64,000 nucleotides of DNA, from assembly GCA_964016885.1 (NCBI GenBank), contig OZ024741.1, positions 338,768,001 through 338,832,000 of the forward strand, written 5' to 3'. The notes below the pieces were generated by a model. It was not told the origin of the DNA, did not search any database, and was given only the letters and a program-made list of their open reading frames with translations. Shown here piece after piece: positions 11,100 through 25,000 of this stretch (its first letter is position 1; each line of letters begins with the position of its first letter). Origin of the DNA: Eledone cirrhosa. Its lineage: Eukaryota. The position numbers were made by a program, and so were the translations under genes.

Positions 11100-14000
11100 T
11101 CTACTGGTTAGTGTGTTAGACAGACTGTCATATCTGTGAAGGTGTGTGGTCTACTGGTTAGAGTGTTAGACAGACTGTCATATCTGTGAAGGTGTGTGGT
11201 CTAGTGGTTAGAGTGTTAGACAGACTGTCATATCTGTGAAGGTGTGTGATCTAGTGGTTAGAGTGTTAGACAAACTGTCATATCTGTGAAGGTGTGTGGT
11301 CTACTGGTTAGAGTGTTAGACAGACTGTCATATCTGTGAAGGTGTTTGGTCTACTGGTTAGAGTGTTGGACAGACTGTCATATCTGTAACGGTGTGTGGT
11401 CTACTGGTTAGATTGTTAGACAGACTGTCATATCTGTGAAGGTGTTTGGTCTACTGGTTAGAGTGTTGGACAGACTGTCATATCTGTGAAGGTGTGTGAT
11501 CTACTGGTTAGAGTGTTGGACAGACTGTAATATCTGTGAAGGTGTGTGGTCTACTGGTTAGAGTGTTGGACACACTGTCATAACTGTGAAGGTGTGCGGT
11601 CTACTGGCTCGAGTGTTGGACAGACTGTCATATCTGTGATGGTGTGTGATCTAGTGGTTAGAGTGTTAGACAAACTGTCATATCTGTGAAGGTGTGTGGT
11701 CTACTGGTTAGAGTGTTGGACAGACTGTCATATCTGTGAAGGTGTGTGGTCTAGTGGTTAGAGTGTTAGACAGACTGTCATATTTGTGAAGGTGTGTGGT
11801 CTACTGGTTAGAGTGTTAGACTGACTGTCATATCTGTGAAGGTGTGTGGTCTACTGGTTAGTGTGTTGGACAGACCGTCATATCCATGAAGGTGTGTGGT
11901 CTACTGGTTAGAGTGTTAGACAGACTGTCATATCTGTGAAGGTGTGTGGTCTACTGGTTAGAGTGTTAGACAGACTGTCATTTCTCTGAAGGTGTGTGGT
12001 CTACTGGTTAGAGTGTTAGACAGACTGTCATATCTGTGAAGGTGTGTGGTCTACTGGCTAGAGTGTTGGACAGACTGTCATATCTGTGAAGGTGTGTGGT
12101 GTAGTGGTTAGAGTGTTAGACAAACTGTCATATCTGTGAAGGTGTGTGGTCTACTGGCTAGAGTGTTAGACAGACTGTCATATCTATGAAGGTGTGTAAT
12201 CTACTGGTTAGAGTGTTAGACAGACTGTCATATCTGTGAAGGTGTGTGGTCTACTGGTTAGAGTGTTGGACAGACTGTCATATCTGTGAAGGTGTGTGTT
12301 CTACTGGTTAGAGTATTGGACAGACTGTCATATCTGTGAAGGTGTGTGGTGTAGTGGTTAGAGTGTTAGACAAACTGTCATATCTGTTAAGGTGTGTGGT
12401 CTACTGGTTAGAGTGTTGGACAGACTGTCATATCTGTGAAGGTGTGTGGTCTAGTGGTTAGAGTGTTAGACAGACTGTCATATTTGTGAAGGTGTGTGGT
12501 CTACTGGTTAGAGTGTTAGACTGACTGTCCTATCTGTGAAGGTGTGTGGTCTACTGGTTAGTGTGTTGGACAGACCGTCATATCCATGAAGGTGTGTGGT
12601 CTACTGGTTAGAGTGTTAGACAGACTGTCATATCTGTGAAGGTGTGTGGTCTACTGGTTAGAGTGTTAGACAGACTGTCATATCTCTGAAGGTGTGTGGT
12701 CTACTGGTTAGAGTGTTAGACAGACTGTCATATCTGTGAAGGTGTGTGGTCTACTGGCTAGAGTGTTGGACAGACTGTCATATTTGTGAAGGTGTGTGGT
12801 GTAGTGGTTAGAGTGTTAGACAAACTGTCATATCTGTGAAGGTGTGTGGTCTACTGGTTAGTGTGTTAGACAGACTGTCATATCTGTTAAGGTGTGTGGT
12901 CTACTGGTTAGAGTGTTAGACAGACTGTCATATCTGTGAAGGTGTGTGGTCTACTGGTTAGAGTGTTAGACAGACTGTCATATCTGTGAAGGTGTGTGAT
13001 CTAGTGGTTAGAGTGTTAGACAAACTGTCATATCTGTGAAGGTGTGTGGTCTACTGGTTAGAGTGTTAGACAGACTGTCATATCTGTGAAGGTGTGTGGT
13101 CTACTGGTTAGAGTGTTAGACAGACTGTCATATCTGTGAAGGTGTTTGGTCTACTGGTTAGAGTGTTGGACAGACTGTCATATCTGTAACGGTGTGTGGT
13201 CTACTGGTTAGATTGTTAGACAGACTGTCATATCTGTGAAGGTGTTTGGTCTACTGGTTAGAGTGTTGGACAGACTGTCATATCTGTGAAGGTGTGTGAT
13301 CTAGTGGTTACAGTGTTAGACAGACTGTCATATCTGTGAAGGTGTATGGTCTACTGGTTAGAGTGTTAGACAGACTGTCATATCTGTGAAGGTGTGTGAT
13401 CTACTGGTTAGAGTGTTGGACAGACTGTAATATCTGTGAAGGTGTGTGGTCTACTGGTTAGACTGTTGGACACACTGTCATAACTGTGAAGGTGTGCGGT
13501 CTACTGGCTAGAGTGTTGGACAGACTGTCATATCTGTGATGGTGTGTGATCTAGTGGTTAGAGTGTTAGACAAACTGTCATATCTGTGAAGGTGTGTGGT
13601 CTACTGGTTAGAGTGTTGGACAGACTGTCATATCTGTGAAGGTGTGTGGTCTAGTGGTTAGAGTGTTAGACAGACTGTCATATTTGTGAAGGTGTGTGGT
13701 CTACTGGTTAGAGTGTTAGACTGACTGTCCTATCTGTGAAGGTGTGTGGTCTACTGGTTAGTGTGTTGGACAGACCGTCATATCCATGAAGGTGTGTGGT
13801 CTACTGGTTAGAGTGTTAGACAGACTGTCATATCTGTGAAGGTGTGTGGTCTACTGGTTAGAGTGTTAGACAGACTGTCATATCTCTGAAGGTGTGTGGT
13901 CTACTGGTTAGAGTGTTAGACAGACTGTCATATCTGTGAAGGTGTGTGGTCTACTGGCTAGAGTGTTGGACAGACTGTCATATCTGTGAAGGTGTGTGGT

Positions 14001-17000
14001 GTAGTGGTTAGAGTGTTAGACAAACTGTCATATCTGTGAAGGTGTGTGGTCTACTGGCTAGAGTGTTAGACAGACTGTCATATCTGTGAAGGTGTGTGGT
14101 CTACTGGTTAGAGTGTTAGACAGACTGTCATATCTGTGAAGGTGTGTGGTGTAGTGGTTAGAGTGTTAGACAAACTGTCATATCTGTTAAGGTGTGTGGT
14201 CTACTGGTTAGTGTGTTGGACAGACCGTCATATCCATGAAGGTGTGTGGTCTACTGGTTAGAGTGTTAGACAGACTGTCATATCTGTGAATGTGTGTGGT
14301 CTACTGGTTAGAGTGTTAGACAGACTGTCATATCTGTGAAGGTGTGTGGTCTACTGGTTAGAGTGTTAGACAGACTGTCATATCTGTGAAGGTGTGCGGT
14401 CTACTGTCTAGAGTGTTGGACAGACTGTCATATCTGTGAAGGTGTGTGATCTAGTGGTTAGAGTGTTAGACAAACTGTCATATCTGTGAAGGTGTGTGGT
14501 CTACTGGTTAGAGTGTTAGACAGACTGTCATATCTGTGAAGGTGTGTGGTCTACTGGTTAGAGTGTTAGACAGACTGTCATATCTGTGAAGGTGTGCGGT
14601 CTACTGGCTAGAGTGTTGGACAGACTGTCATATCTGTGAAGGTGTGTGATCTAGTGGTTAGAGTGTTAGACAAACTGTCATATCTGTGAAGGTGTGTGGT
14701 CTACTGGTTAGAGTGTTAGACAGACTGTCATATCTGTGAAGGTGTGTGGTCTACTGGTTAGAGTGTTGGACAGACTGTCATATCTGTGAAGGTGTGTGGT
14801 ATACTGGTTAGAGTGTTAGACAGACTGTCATATCTGTGAAGGTGTGTGTTCTACTGGCTAGAGTGTTGGACAGACTGTCATATCTGTGAAGGGGTGTGGT
14901 GTAGTGGTTAGGGTGTTAGACAGACTGTCATATCTGTGAAGGTGTGTGGTCTACTGGTTAGAGTGTAAGACAGACTGTCATATCTGTGAGTGTGTGTGGT
15001 CTACTGGTTAGAGTGTTAGACAGACTGTCATATTTGTGAAGGTGTGTGGTCTACTGGTTAGAGTGTTAGACAGACTGTCATATCTGTGAAGGTGTGTGGT
15101 CTACTGGTTAGAGTGTTGGACAGACTGTCATATCTGTGAAGGTGTGTGGTCTACTGGTTAGAGTGTTAGACAGACTGTCATATCTGTGAAGGTGTGTGGT
15201 GTAGTGGTTAGAGTGTTAGACAAACTGTCATATCTGTTAAGGTGTGTGGTCTACTGGTTAGAGTGTTGGACAGACTGTCATATCTGTGAAGGTGTGTGGT
15301 CTAGTGGTTAGAGTGTTAGACAGACTGTCATATTTGTGAAGGTGTGTGGTCTACTGGTTAGAGTGTTAGACTGACTGTCCTATCTGTGAAGGTGTGTGGT
15401 CTACTGGTTAGTGTGTTGGACAGACCGTCATATCCATGAAGGTGTGTGGTCTACTGGTTAGAGTGTTAGACAGACTGTCATATCTGTGAAGGTGTGTGGT
15501 CTACTGGTTAGAGTGTTAGACAGACTGTCATATCTCTGAAGGTGTGTGGTCTACTGGTTAGAGTGTTAGACAGACTGTCATATCTGTGAAGGTGTGTGGT
15601 CTACTGGCTAGAGTGTTGGACAGACTGTCATATCTGTGAAGGTGTGTGGTGTAGTGGTTAGAGTGTTAGACAAACTGTCATATCTGTGAAGGTGTGTGGT
15701 CTACTGGTTAGTGTGTTAGACAGACTGTCATATCTGTGAAGGTGTGTGGTCTACTGGTTAGAGTGTTAGACAGACTGTCATATCTGTGAAGGTGTGTGGT
15801 CTACTGGTTAGAGTGTTAGACAGACTGTCATATCTGTGAAGGTGTGTGATCTAGTGGTTAGAGTATTAGACAAACTGTCATATCTGTGAAGGTGTGTGGT
15901 CTACTGGTTAGAGTGTTAGACAGACTGTCATATCTGTGAAGGTGTTTGGTCTACTGGTTAGAGTGTTGGACAGACTGTCATATCTGTAACGGTGTGTGGT
16001 CTACTGGTTAGATTGTTAGACAGACTGTCATATCTGTGAAGGTGTTTGGTCTACTGGTTAGAGTGTTGGACAGACTGTCATATCTGTGAAGGTGTGTGAC
16101 CTAGTGGTTACAGTGTTAGACAGAGTGTCATATCTGTGAAGGTGTATGGTCTACTGGTTAGAGTGTTGGACAGACTGTAATATCTGTGAAGGTGTGTGGT
16201 CTACTGGTTAGAGTGTTGGACAGACTGTAATATCTGTGAAGGTGTGTGGTCTACTGGTTAGAGTGTTGGACAGACTGTAATATCTGTGAAGGTGTGTGGT
16301 CTACTGGTTAGAGTGTTGGACACACTGTCATAACTGTGAAGGTGTGCGGTCTACTGGCTAGAGTGTTGGACAGACTGTCATATCTGTGAAGGTGTGTGGT
16401 CTACTGGTTAGAGTGTTGGACACACTGTCATAACTGTGAAGGTGTGCGGTCTACTGGCTAGAGTGTTGGACAGACTGTCATATCTGTGATGGTGTGTGAT
16501 CTAGTGGTTAGAGTGTTAGACAAACTGTCATATCTGTGAAGGTGTGTGGTCTACTGGTTAGAGTGTTGGACAGACTGTCATATCTGTGAAGGTGTGTGGT
16601 CTAGTGGTTAGAGTGTTTGACAGACTGTCATATTTGTGAAGGTGTGTGGTCTACTGGTTAGAGTGTTAGACTGACTGTCATATCTGTTAAGGTGTGTGGT
16701 CTACTGGTTAGTGTGTTGGACAGACCGTCATATCCATGAAGGTGTGTGGTCTACTGGTTAGAGTGTTAGACTGACTGTCATATCTGTTAAGGTGTGTGGT
16801 CTACTGGTTAGTGTGTTGGACAGACCGTCATATCTGTGAAGGTGTGTGGTCTACTGGCTAGAGTGTTGGACAGACTGTCATATCTGTGAAGGTGTGTGGT
16901 GTAGTGGTTAGAGTGTTAGACAAACTGTCATATCTGTGAAGGTGTGTGGTCTACTGGCTAGAGTGTTAGACAGACTGTCATATCTATGAAGGTGTGTGCT

Positions 17001-20000
17001 CTACTGGTTAGAGTGTTAGACAGACTGTCATATCTGTGAAGGTGTGTGGTCTACTGGTTAGAGTGTTAGACAGACTGTTATATCTCTGAAGGTGTGTGGT
17101 CTACTGGTTAGAGTGTTAGACAGACTGTCATATCTGTGAAGGTGTGTGGTCTACTGGCTAGAGTGTTGGACAGACTGTCATATCTGTGAAGGTGTGTGGT
17201 GTAGTGGTTAGAGTGTTAGACAAACTGTCATATCTGTGAAGGTGTGTGGTCTACTGGCTAGAGTGTTAGACAGACTGTCATATCTATGAAGGTGTGTGCT
17301 CTACTGGTTAGAGTGTTAGACAGACTGTCATATCTGTGAAGGTGTGTGGTGTAGTGGTTAGTGTGTTAGACAGACTGTCATATCTGTGAAGGTGTGTGGT
17401 CTACTGGTTAGAGTGTTAGACAGACTGTCATATCTGTGAAGGTGTGTGGTCTACTGGTTAGAGTGTTAGACAGACTGTCATATCTGTGAAGGTGTGTGAT
17501 CTAGTGGTTAGAGTGTTAGACAAACTGTCATATCTGTGAAGGTGTGTGGTCTACTGGTTAGAGTGTTAGACAGACTGTCATATCTGTGAAGGTGTTTGGT
17601 CTACTGGTTAGAGTGTTGGACAGACTGTCATATCTGTAACGGTGTGTGGTCTACTGGTTAGATTGTTAGACAGACTGTCATATCTGTGAAGGTGTTTGGT
17701 CTACTGGTTAGAGTGTTGGACAGACTGTCATATCTGTGAAGGTGTGTGATCTACTGGTTAGAGTGTTGGACAGACTGTAATATCTGTGAAGGTGTGTGGT
17801 CTACTGGTTAGAGTGTTGGACACACTGTCATAACTGTGAAGGTGTGCGGTCTACTGGCTAGAGTGTTGGACAGACTGTCATATCTGTGATGGTGTGTGAT
17901 CTAGTGGTTAGAGTGTTAGACAAACTGTCATATCTGTGAAGGTGTGTGGTCTACTGGTTAGAGTGTTGGACAGACTGTCATATCTGTGAAGGTGTGTGGT
18001 CTAGTGGTTAGAGTGTTAGACAGACTGTCATATTTGTGAAGGTGTGTGGTCTACTGGTTAGAGTGTTAGACTGACTGTCATATCTGTGAAGGTGTGTGGT
18101 CTACTGGTTAGTGTGTTGGACAGACCGTCATATCCATGAAGGTGTGTGGTCTACTGGTTAGAGTGTTAGACAGACTGTCATATCTGTGAAGGTGTGTGGT
18201 CTACTGGTTAGAGTGTTAGACAGACTGTCATTTCTCTGAAGGTGTGTGGTCTACTGGTTAGAGTGTTAGACAGACTGTCATATCTGTGAAGGTGTGTGGT
18301 CTACTGGCTAGAGTGTTGGACAGACTGTCATATCTGTGAAGGTGTGTGGTGTAGTGGTTAGAGTGTTAGACAAACTGTCATATCTGTGAAGGTGTGTGGT
18401 CTACTGGCTAGAGTGTTAGACAGACTGTCGTATCTATGAAGGTGTGTGCTCTACTGGTTAGAGTGTTAGACAGACTGTCATATCTGTGAAGGTGTGTGGT
18501 GTAGTGGTTAGAGTGTTAGACAAACTGTCATATCTGTTAAGGTGTGTGGTCTACTGGTTAGAGTGTTGGACAGACTGTCATATCTGTGAAGGTGTGTGGT
18601 CTAGTGGTTAGAGTGTTAGACAGACTGTCATATTTGTGAAGGTGTGTGGTCTACTGGTTAGAGTGTTAGACTGACTGTCCTATCTGTGAAGGTGTGTGGT
18701 CTACTGGTTAGTGTGTTGGACAGACCGTCATATCCATGAAGGTGTGTGGTCTACTGGTTAGAGTGTTAGACAGACTGTCATATCTGTGAAGGTGTGTGGT
18801 CTACTGGTTAGAGTGTTAGACAGACTGTCATATCTCTGAAGGTGTGTGGTCTACTGGTTAGAGTGTTAGACAGACTGTCATATCTGTGAAGGTGTGTGGT
18901 CTACTGGCTAGAGTGTTGGACAGACTGTCATATCTGTGAAGGTGTGTGGTGTAGTGGTTAGAGTGTTAGACAAACTGTCATATCTGTGAAGGTGTGTGGT
19001 CTACTGGTTAGTGTGTTAGACAGACTGTCATATCTGTGAAGGTGTGTGGTCTACTGGTTAGAGTGTTAGACAGACTGTCATATCTGTGAAGGTGTGTGGT
19101 CTACTGGTTAGAGTGTTAGACAGACTGTCATATCTGTGAAGGTGTGTGATCTAGTGGTTAGAGTGTTAGACAAACTGTCATATCTGTGAAGGTGTGTGGT
19201 CTACTGGTTAGAGTGTTAGACAGACTGTCATATCTGTGAAGGTGTTTGGTCTACTGGTTAGAGTGTTGGACAGACTGTCATATCTGTAACGGTGTGTGGT
19301 CTACTGGTTAGATTGTTAGACAGACTGTCATATCTGTGAAGGTGTTTGGTCTATTGGTTAGAGTGTTGGACAGACTGTCATATCTGTGAAGGTGTGTGAT
19401 CTAGTGGTTACAGTGTTAGACAGAGTGTCATATCTGTGAAGGTGTATGGTCTACTGGTTAGAGTGTTAGACAGACTGTCATATCTGTGAAGGTGTGTGAT
19501 CTACTGGTTAGAGTGTTGGACAGACTGTAATATCTGTGAAGGTGTGTGGTCTACTGGTTAGACTGTTGGACACACTGTCATAACTGTGAAGGTGTGCGGT
19601 CTACTGGCTAGAGTGTTGGACAGACTGTCATATCTGTGATGGTGTGTGATCTAGTGGTTAGAGTGTTAGACAAACTGTCATATCTGTGAAGGTGTGTGGT
19701 CTACTGGTTAGAGTGTTGGACAGACTGTCATATCTGTGAAGGTGTGTGGTCTAGTGGTTAGAGTGTTAGACAGACTGTCATATTTGTGAAGGTGTGAGGT
19801 CTACTGGTTAGAGTGTTAGACTGACTGTCATATCTGTGAAGGTGTGTGGTCTACTGGTTAGTGTGTTGGACAGACCGTCATATCCATGAAGGTGTGTGGT
19901 CTACTGGTTAGAGTGTTAGACAGACTGTCATATCTGTGAATGTGTGTGGTCTACTGGTTAGAGTGTTAGACAGACTGTCATATCTCTGAAGGTGTGTGGT

Positions 20001-22800
20001 CTACTGGTTAGAGTGTTAGACAGACTGTCATATCTGTGAAGGTGTGTGGTCTACTGGCTAGAGTGTTGGACAGACTGTCATATCTGTGAAGGTGTGTGGT
20101 GTAGTGGTTAGAGTGTTAGACAAACTGTCATATCTGTGAAGGTGTGTGGTCTACTGGCTAGAGTGTTAGACAGACTGTCATATCTATGAAGGTGTGTGCT
20201 CTACTGGTTAGAGTGTTAGACAGACTGTCATATCTGTGAAGGTGTGTGGTGTAGTGGTTAGAGTGTTGGACAGACTGTCATATCTGTGAAGGTGTGTGAT
20301 CTAGTGGTTAGAGTGTTAGACAAACTGTCATATCTGTAAAGGTGTGTGGTCTACTGGCTAGAGTGTTGGACAGACTGTCATATCTGTGAAGGTGTGTGAT
20401 CTAGTGGTTAGAGTGTTAGACAAACTGTCATATCTGTGAAGGTGTGTGTTCTACTGGTTAGAGTGTTGGACAGACTGTCATATCTGTGAAGGTGTGTGGT
20501 CTACTGGTTAGAGTGTTAGACAGACTGTCATATCTGTGAAGGTGTTTGGTCTACTGGTTAGAGTGTTGGACAGACTGTAATATCTGTGAAGGTGTGTGAT
20601 CTATTGGGTAGAGTGTTAGACAGACTGTCATATCTGTGAAGGTGTGTGGTCTACTGGTTAGAGTGTTAGACAGACTGTCATATCTGTGAAGGTGTGCGGT
20701 CTACTGTCTAGAGTGTTGGACAGACTGTCATATCTGTGAAGGTGTGTGATCTAGTGGTTAGAGTGTTGGACAGACTGTCATATCTGTGAAGGTGTGTGGT
20801 CTACTGGTTAGAGTGTTGGACAGACTGTCATATCTGTGAAGGTGTGTGGTATACTGGTTAGAGTGTTAGACATACTGTCATATCTGTGAAGGTGTGTGTT
20901 CTACTGGCTAGAGTGTTGGACAGACTGTCATATCTGTGAAGGGGTGTGGTGTAGTGGTTAGGGTGTTAGACAGACTGTCATATCTGTGAAGGTGTGTGGT
21001 CTACTGGTTAGAGTGTAAGACAGACTGTCATATCTGTGAGTGTGTGTGGTCTACTGGTTAGAGTGTTAGACAGACTGTCATATTTGTGAAGGTGTGTGGT
21101 CTACTGGTTAGAGTGTTAGACAGACTGTCATATCTGTGAAGGTGTGTGGTCTACTGGTTAGAGTGTTGGACAGACTGTCATATCTGTGAAGGTGTGTGGT
21201 CTACTGGTTAGAGTGTTAGACAGACTGTCATATCTGTGAAGGTGTGTGGTGTAGTGGTTAGAGTGTTAGACAAACTGTCATATCTGTTAAGGTGTGTGGT
21301 CTACTGGTTAGAGTGTTGGACAGACTGTCATATCTGTGAAGGTGTGTGGTCTAGTGGTTAGAGTGTTAGACAGACTGTCATATTTGTGAAGGTGTGTGGT
21401 CTACTGGTTAGAGTGTTAGACTGACTGTCCTATCTGTGAAGGTGTGTGGTCTACTGGTTAGTGTGTTGGACAGACCGTCATATCCATGAAGGTGTGTGGT
21501 CTACTGGTTAGAGTGTTAGACAGACTGTCATATCTGTGAAGGTGTGTGGTCTACTGGTTAGAGTGTTAGACAGACTGTCATATCTCTGAAGGTGTGTGGT
21601 CTACTGGTTAGAGTGTTAGACAGACTGTCATATCTGTGAAGGTGTGTGGTCTACTGGCTAGAGTGTTGGACAGACTGTCATATCTGTGAAGGTGTGTGGT
21701 GTAGTGGTTAGAGTGTTAGACAAACTGTCATATCTGTGAAGGTGTGTGGTCTACTGGTTAGTGTGTTAGACAGACTGTCATATCTGTGAAGGTGTGTGGT
21801 CTACTGGTTAGAGTGTTAGACAGACTGTCATATCTGTGAAGGTGTGTGGTCTACTGTTTAGAGTGTTAGACAGACTGTCATATCTGTGAAGGTGTGTGAT
21901 CTAGTGGTTAGAGTATTAGACAAACTGTCATATCTGTGAAGATGTGTGGTCTACTGGTTAGAGTGTTAGACAGACTGTCATATCTGTGAAGGTGTTTGGT
22001 CTACTGGTTAGAGTGTTGGACAGACTGTCATATCTGTAACGGTGTGTGGTCTACTGGTTAGATTGTTAGACAGACTGTCATATCTGTGAAGGTGTGTGGT
22101 CTACTGGTTAGAGTGTTAGACAGACTGTCATATCTGTGAAGGTGTGTGATCTACTGGTTAGAGTGTTGGACAGACTGTAATATCTGTGAAGGTGTGTGGT
22201 CTACTGGTTAGAGTGTTGGACACACTGTCATAACTGTGAAGGTGTGCGGTATACTGGCTAGAGTGTTGGACAGACTGTCATATCTGTGATGGTGTGTGAT
22301 CTAGTGGTTAGAGTGTTAGACAAACTGTCATATCTGTGAAGGTGTGTGGTCTACTGGTTAGAGTGTTGGACAGACTGTCATATCTGTGAAGGTGTGTGGT
22401 CTAGTGGTTAGAGTGTTAGACAGACTGTCATATTTGTGAAGGTGTGTGGTCTACTGGTTAGAGTGTTAGACTGACTGTCATATCTGTTAAGGTGTGTGGT
22501 CTACTGGTTAGTGTGTTGGACAGACCGTCATATCCATGAAGGTGTGTGGTCTACTGGTTAGAGTGTTAGACAGACTGTCATATCTGTGAAGGTGTGTGGT
22601 CTACTGGTTAGAGTGTTAGACAGACTGTCATATCTCTGAAGGTGTGTGGTCTACTGGTTAGAGTGTTAGACAGACTGTCATATCTGTGAAGGTGTGTGGT
22701 CTACTGGCTAGAGTGTTGGACAGACTGTCATATCTGTGAAGGTGTGTGGTGTAGTGGTTAGAGTGTTAGACAAACTGTCATATCTGTGAAGGTGTGTGGT
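11100..22800. repeat. Imperfect ~6.05-6.3 kb duplication built from shorter related sub-blocks
   Basis: Paired markers: tttctctgaa 11981/18231 (6250), gactgttgga 13461/19561 (6100), ctactgtcta 14401/20701 (6300), gagtattaga 15861/21911 (6050). The marker tatctgtaac occurs at 11381, 13181, 15981, 17631, 19281 and 22031. Boundaries are approximate. Confidence 0.8.
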
Positions 22801-25000
22801 CTACTGGTTAGAGTGTTGGACAGACTGTCATATCTGTGAAGGTGTGTGGTCTACTGGTTAGAGTGTTAGACAGACTGTCATATCTGTGAAGGTGTGTGGT
22901 GTAGCGGTTAGAGTGTTAGACAAACTGTCATATCTGTTAAGGTGTGTGGTCTACTGGTTAGAGTGTTGGACAGACTGTCATATCTATGAAGGTGTGTGCT
23001 CTACTGGTTAGAGTGTTAGACAGACTGTCATATCTGTGAAGGTGTGTGGTGTAGCGGTTAGAGTGTTAGACAAACTGTCATATCTGTTAAGGTGTGTGGT
23101 CTACTGGTTAGAGTGTTGGACAGACTGTCATATCTGTGAAGGTGTGTGATCTAGTGGTTAGAGTGTTAGACAAACTGTCATATCTGTAAAGGTGTGTGGT
23201 CTACTGGCTAGAGTGTTGGACAGACTGTCATATCTGTGAAGGTGTGTGATCTAGTGGTTAGAGTGTTAGACAAACTGTCATATCTGTGAAGGTGTGTGTT
23301 CTACTGGTTAGAGTGTTGGACAGACTGTCATATCTGTGAAGGTGTGTGGTCTACTGGTTAGAGTGTTAGACAGACTGTCATATCTGTGAAGGTGTTTGGT
23401 CTACTGGTTAGAGTGTTGGACAGACTGTAATATCTGTGAAGGTGTGTGATCTATTGGGTAGAGTGTTAGACAGACTGTCATATCTGTGAAGGTGTGTGGT
23501 CTACTGGTTAGAGTGTTAGACAGACTGTCATATCTGTGAAGGTGTGCGGTCTACTGGCTAGAGTGTTGGACAGACTGTCATATCTGTGAAGGTGTGTGAT
23601 CTAGTGGTTATAGTGTTAGACAAACTGTCATATCTGTGAAGGTGTGTGGTCTACTGGTTAGAGTGTTAGACAGACTGTCATATCTGTGAAGGTGTGTGGT
23701 CTACTGGTTAGAGTGTTAGACAGACTGTCATATCTGTGAAGGTGTGCGGTCTAATGGCTAGAGTGTTGGACAGACTGTCATATCTGTGAAGGTGTGTGAT
23801 CTAGTGGTTAGAGTGTTAGACAAACTGTCATATCTGTGAAGGTGTGTGGTCTACTGGTTAGAGTGTTGGACAGACTGTCATATCTGTGAAGGTGTGTGAT
23901 CTACTGGTTAGAGTGTTAGACAAACTGTCATATCTGTGAAGGTGTGTGGTCTACTGGTTAGAGTGTTAGACAGACTGTCATATCTGTGAAGGTGTGTGGT
24001 CTACTGGTTAGAGTGTTGGACAGACTGTCATATCTGTGAAGGTGTGTGGTATACTGGTTAGAGTGTTAGACAGACTGTCATATCTGTGAAGGTGTGTGTT
24101 CTACTGGCTAGAGTGTTGGACAGACTGTCATATCTGTGAAGGGGTGTGGTGTAGTGGTTAGGGTGTTAGACAGACTGTCATATCTGTGAAGGTGTGTGGT
24201 CTACTGGTTAGAGTGTAAGACAGACTGTCATATCTGTGAGTGTGTGTGGTCTACTGGTTAGAGTGTTAGACAGACTGTCATATCTGTGAAGGTGTGTGGT
24301 CTACTGGTTAGAGTGTTAGACAGACTGTCATATCTGTGAAGGTGGGTGGTCTACTGGTTAGAGTGTTGGACTGACCATCATATCTGTGAAGGTGTGTGGT
24401 CTACTGGTTAGAGTGTTAGACAGCCTGTCATATCTGTGAAGGTGTGTGGTCTACTGGTTAGATCGTTGGACAGACTGTCATATCTGTGAAGGTGTGTGGT
24501 CTACTGGTTAGAGTGTTAGACAGACTGTCATATCTGTGAAGGTGTGTGGTCTACTGGTTAGAGTGTTAGACAGACTGTCATATCTGTGAAGGTGGGTGGT
24601 CTACTGGTTAGAGTGTTGGACTGACTGTCATATCTGTGAAGGTGTGTGTTCTACTGGCTAGAGTGTTGGACAGACTGCCATATCTGTGAAGGTGTGTGTT
24701 CTACAGGTTAGAGTGTTGGACAGACTGTCATATCTGTGAAGGTGTGTGGTCTACTGGTTAGAGTGTTAGACAGACTGTAATATCTGAGAAGGTGTGTGGT
24801 GTACTGGTTAGAGTGTTGGACAGACTGTCATATCTGTGAAGGTGTGCGGTCTACTGGCTAGAGTGTTGGACAGACTGTCATATCTGTGAAGGTGTGTGAT
24901 CTAGTGGTTAGAGTGTTAGACAAACAGTCATATCTGTGAAGGTGTGTGGTCTACTGGTTAGAGTGTTGGACAGACTGTCATATCTGTGAAGGTGTGTGTT

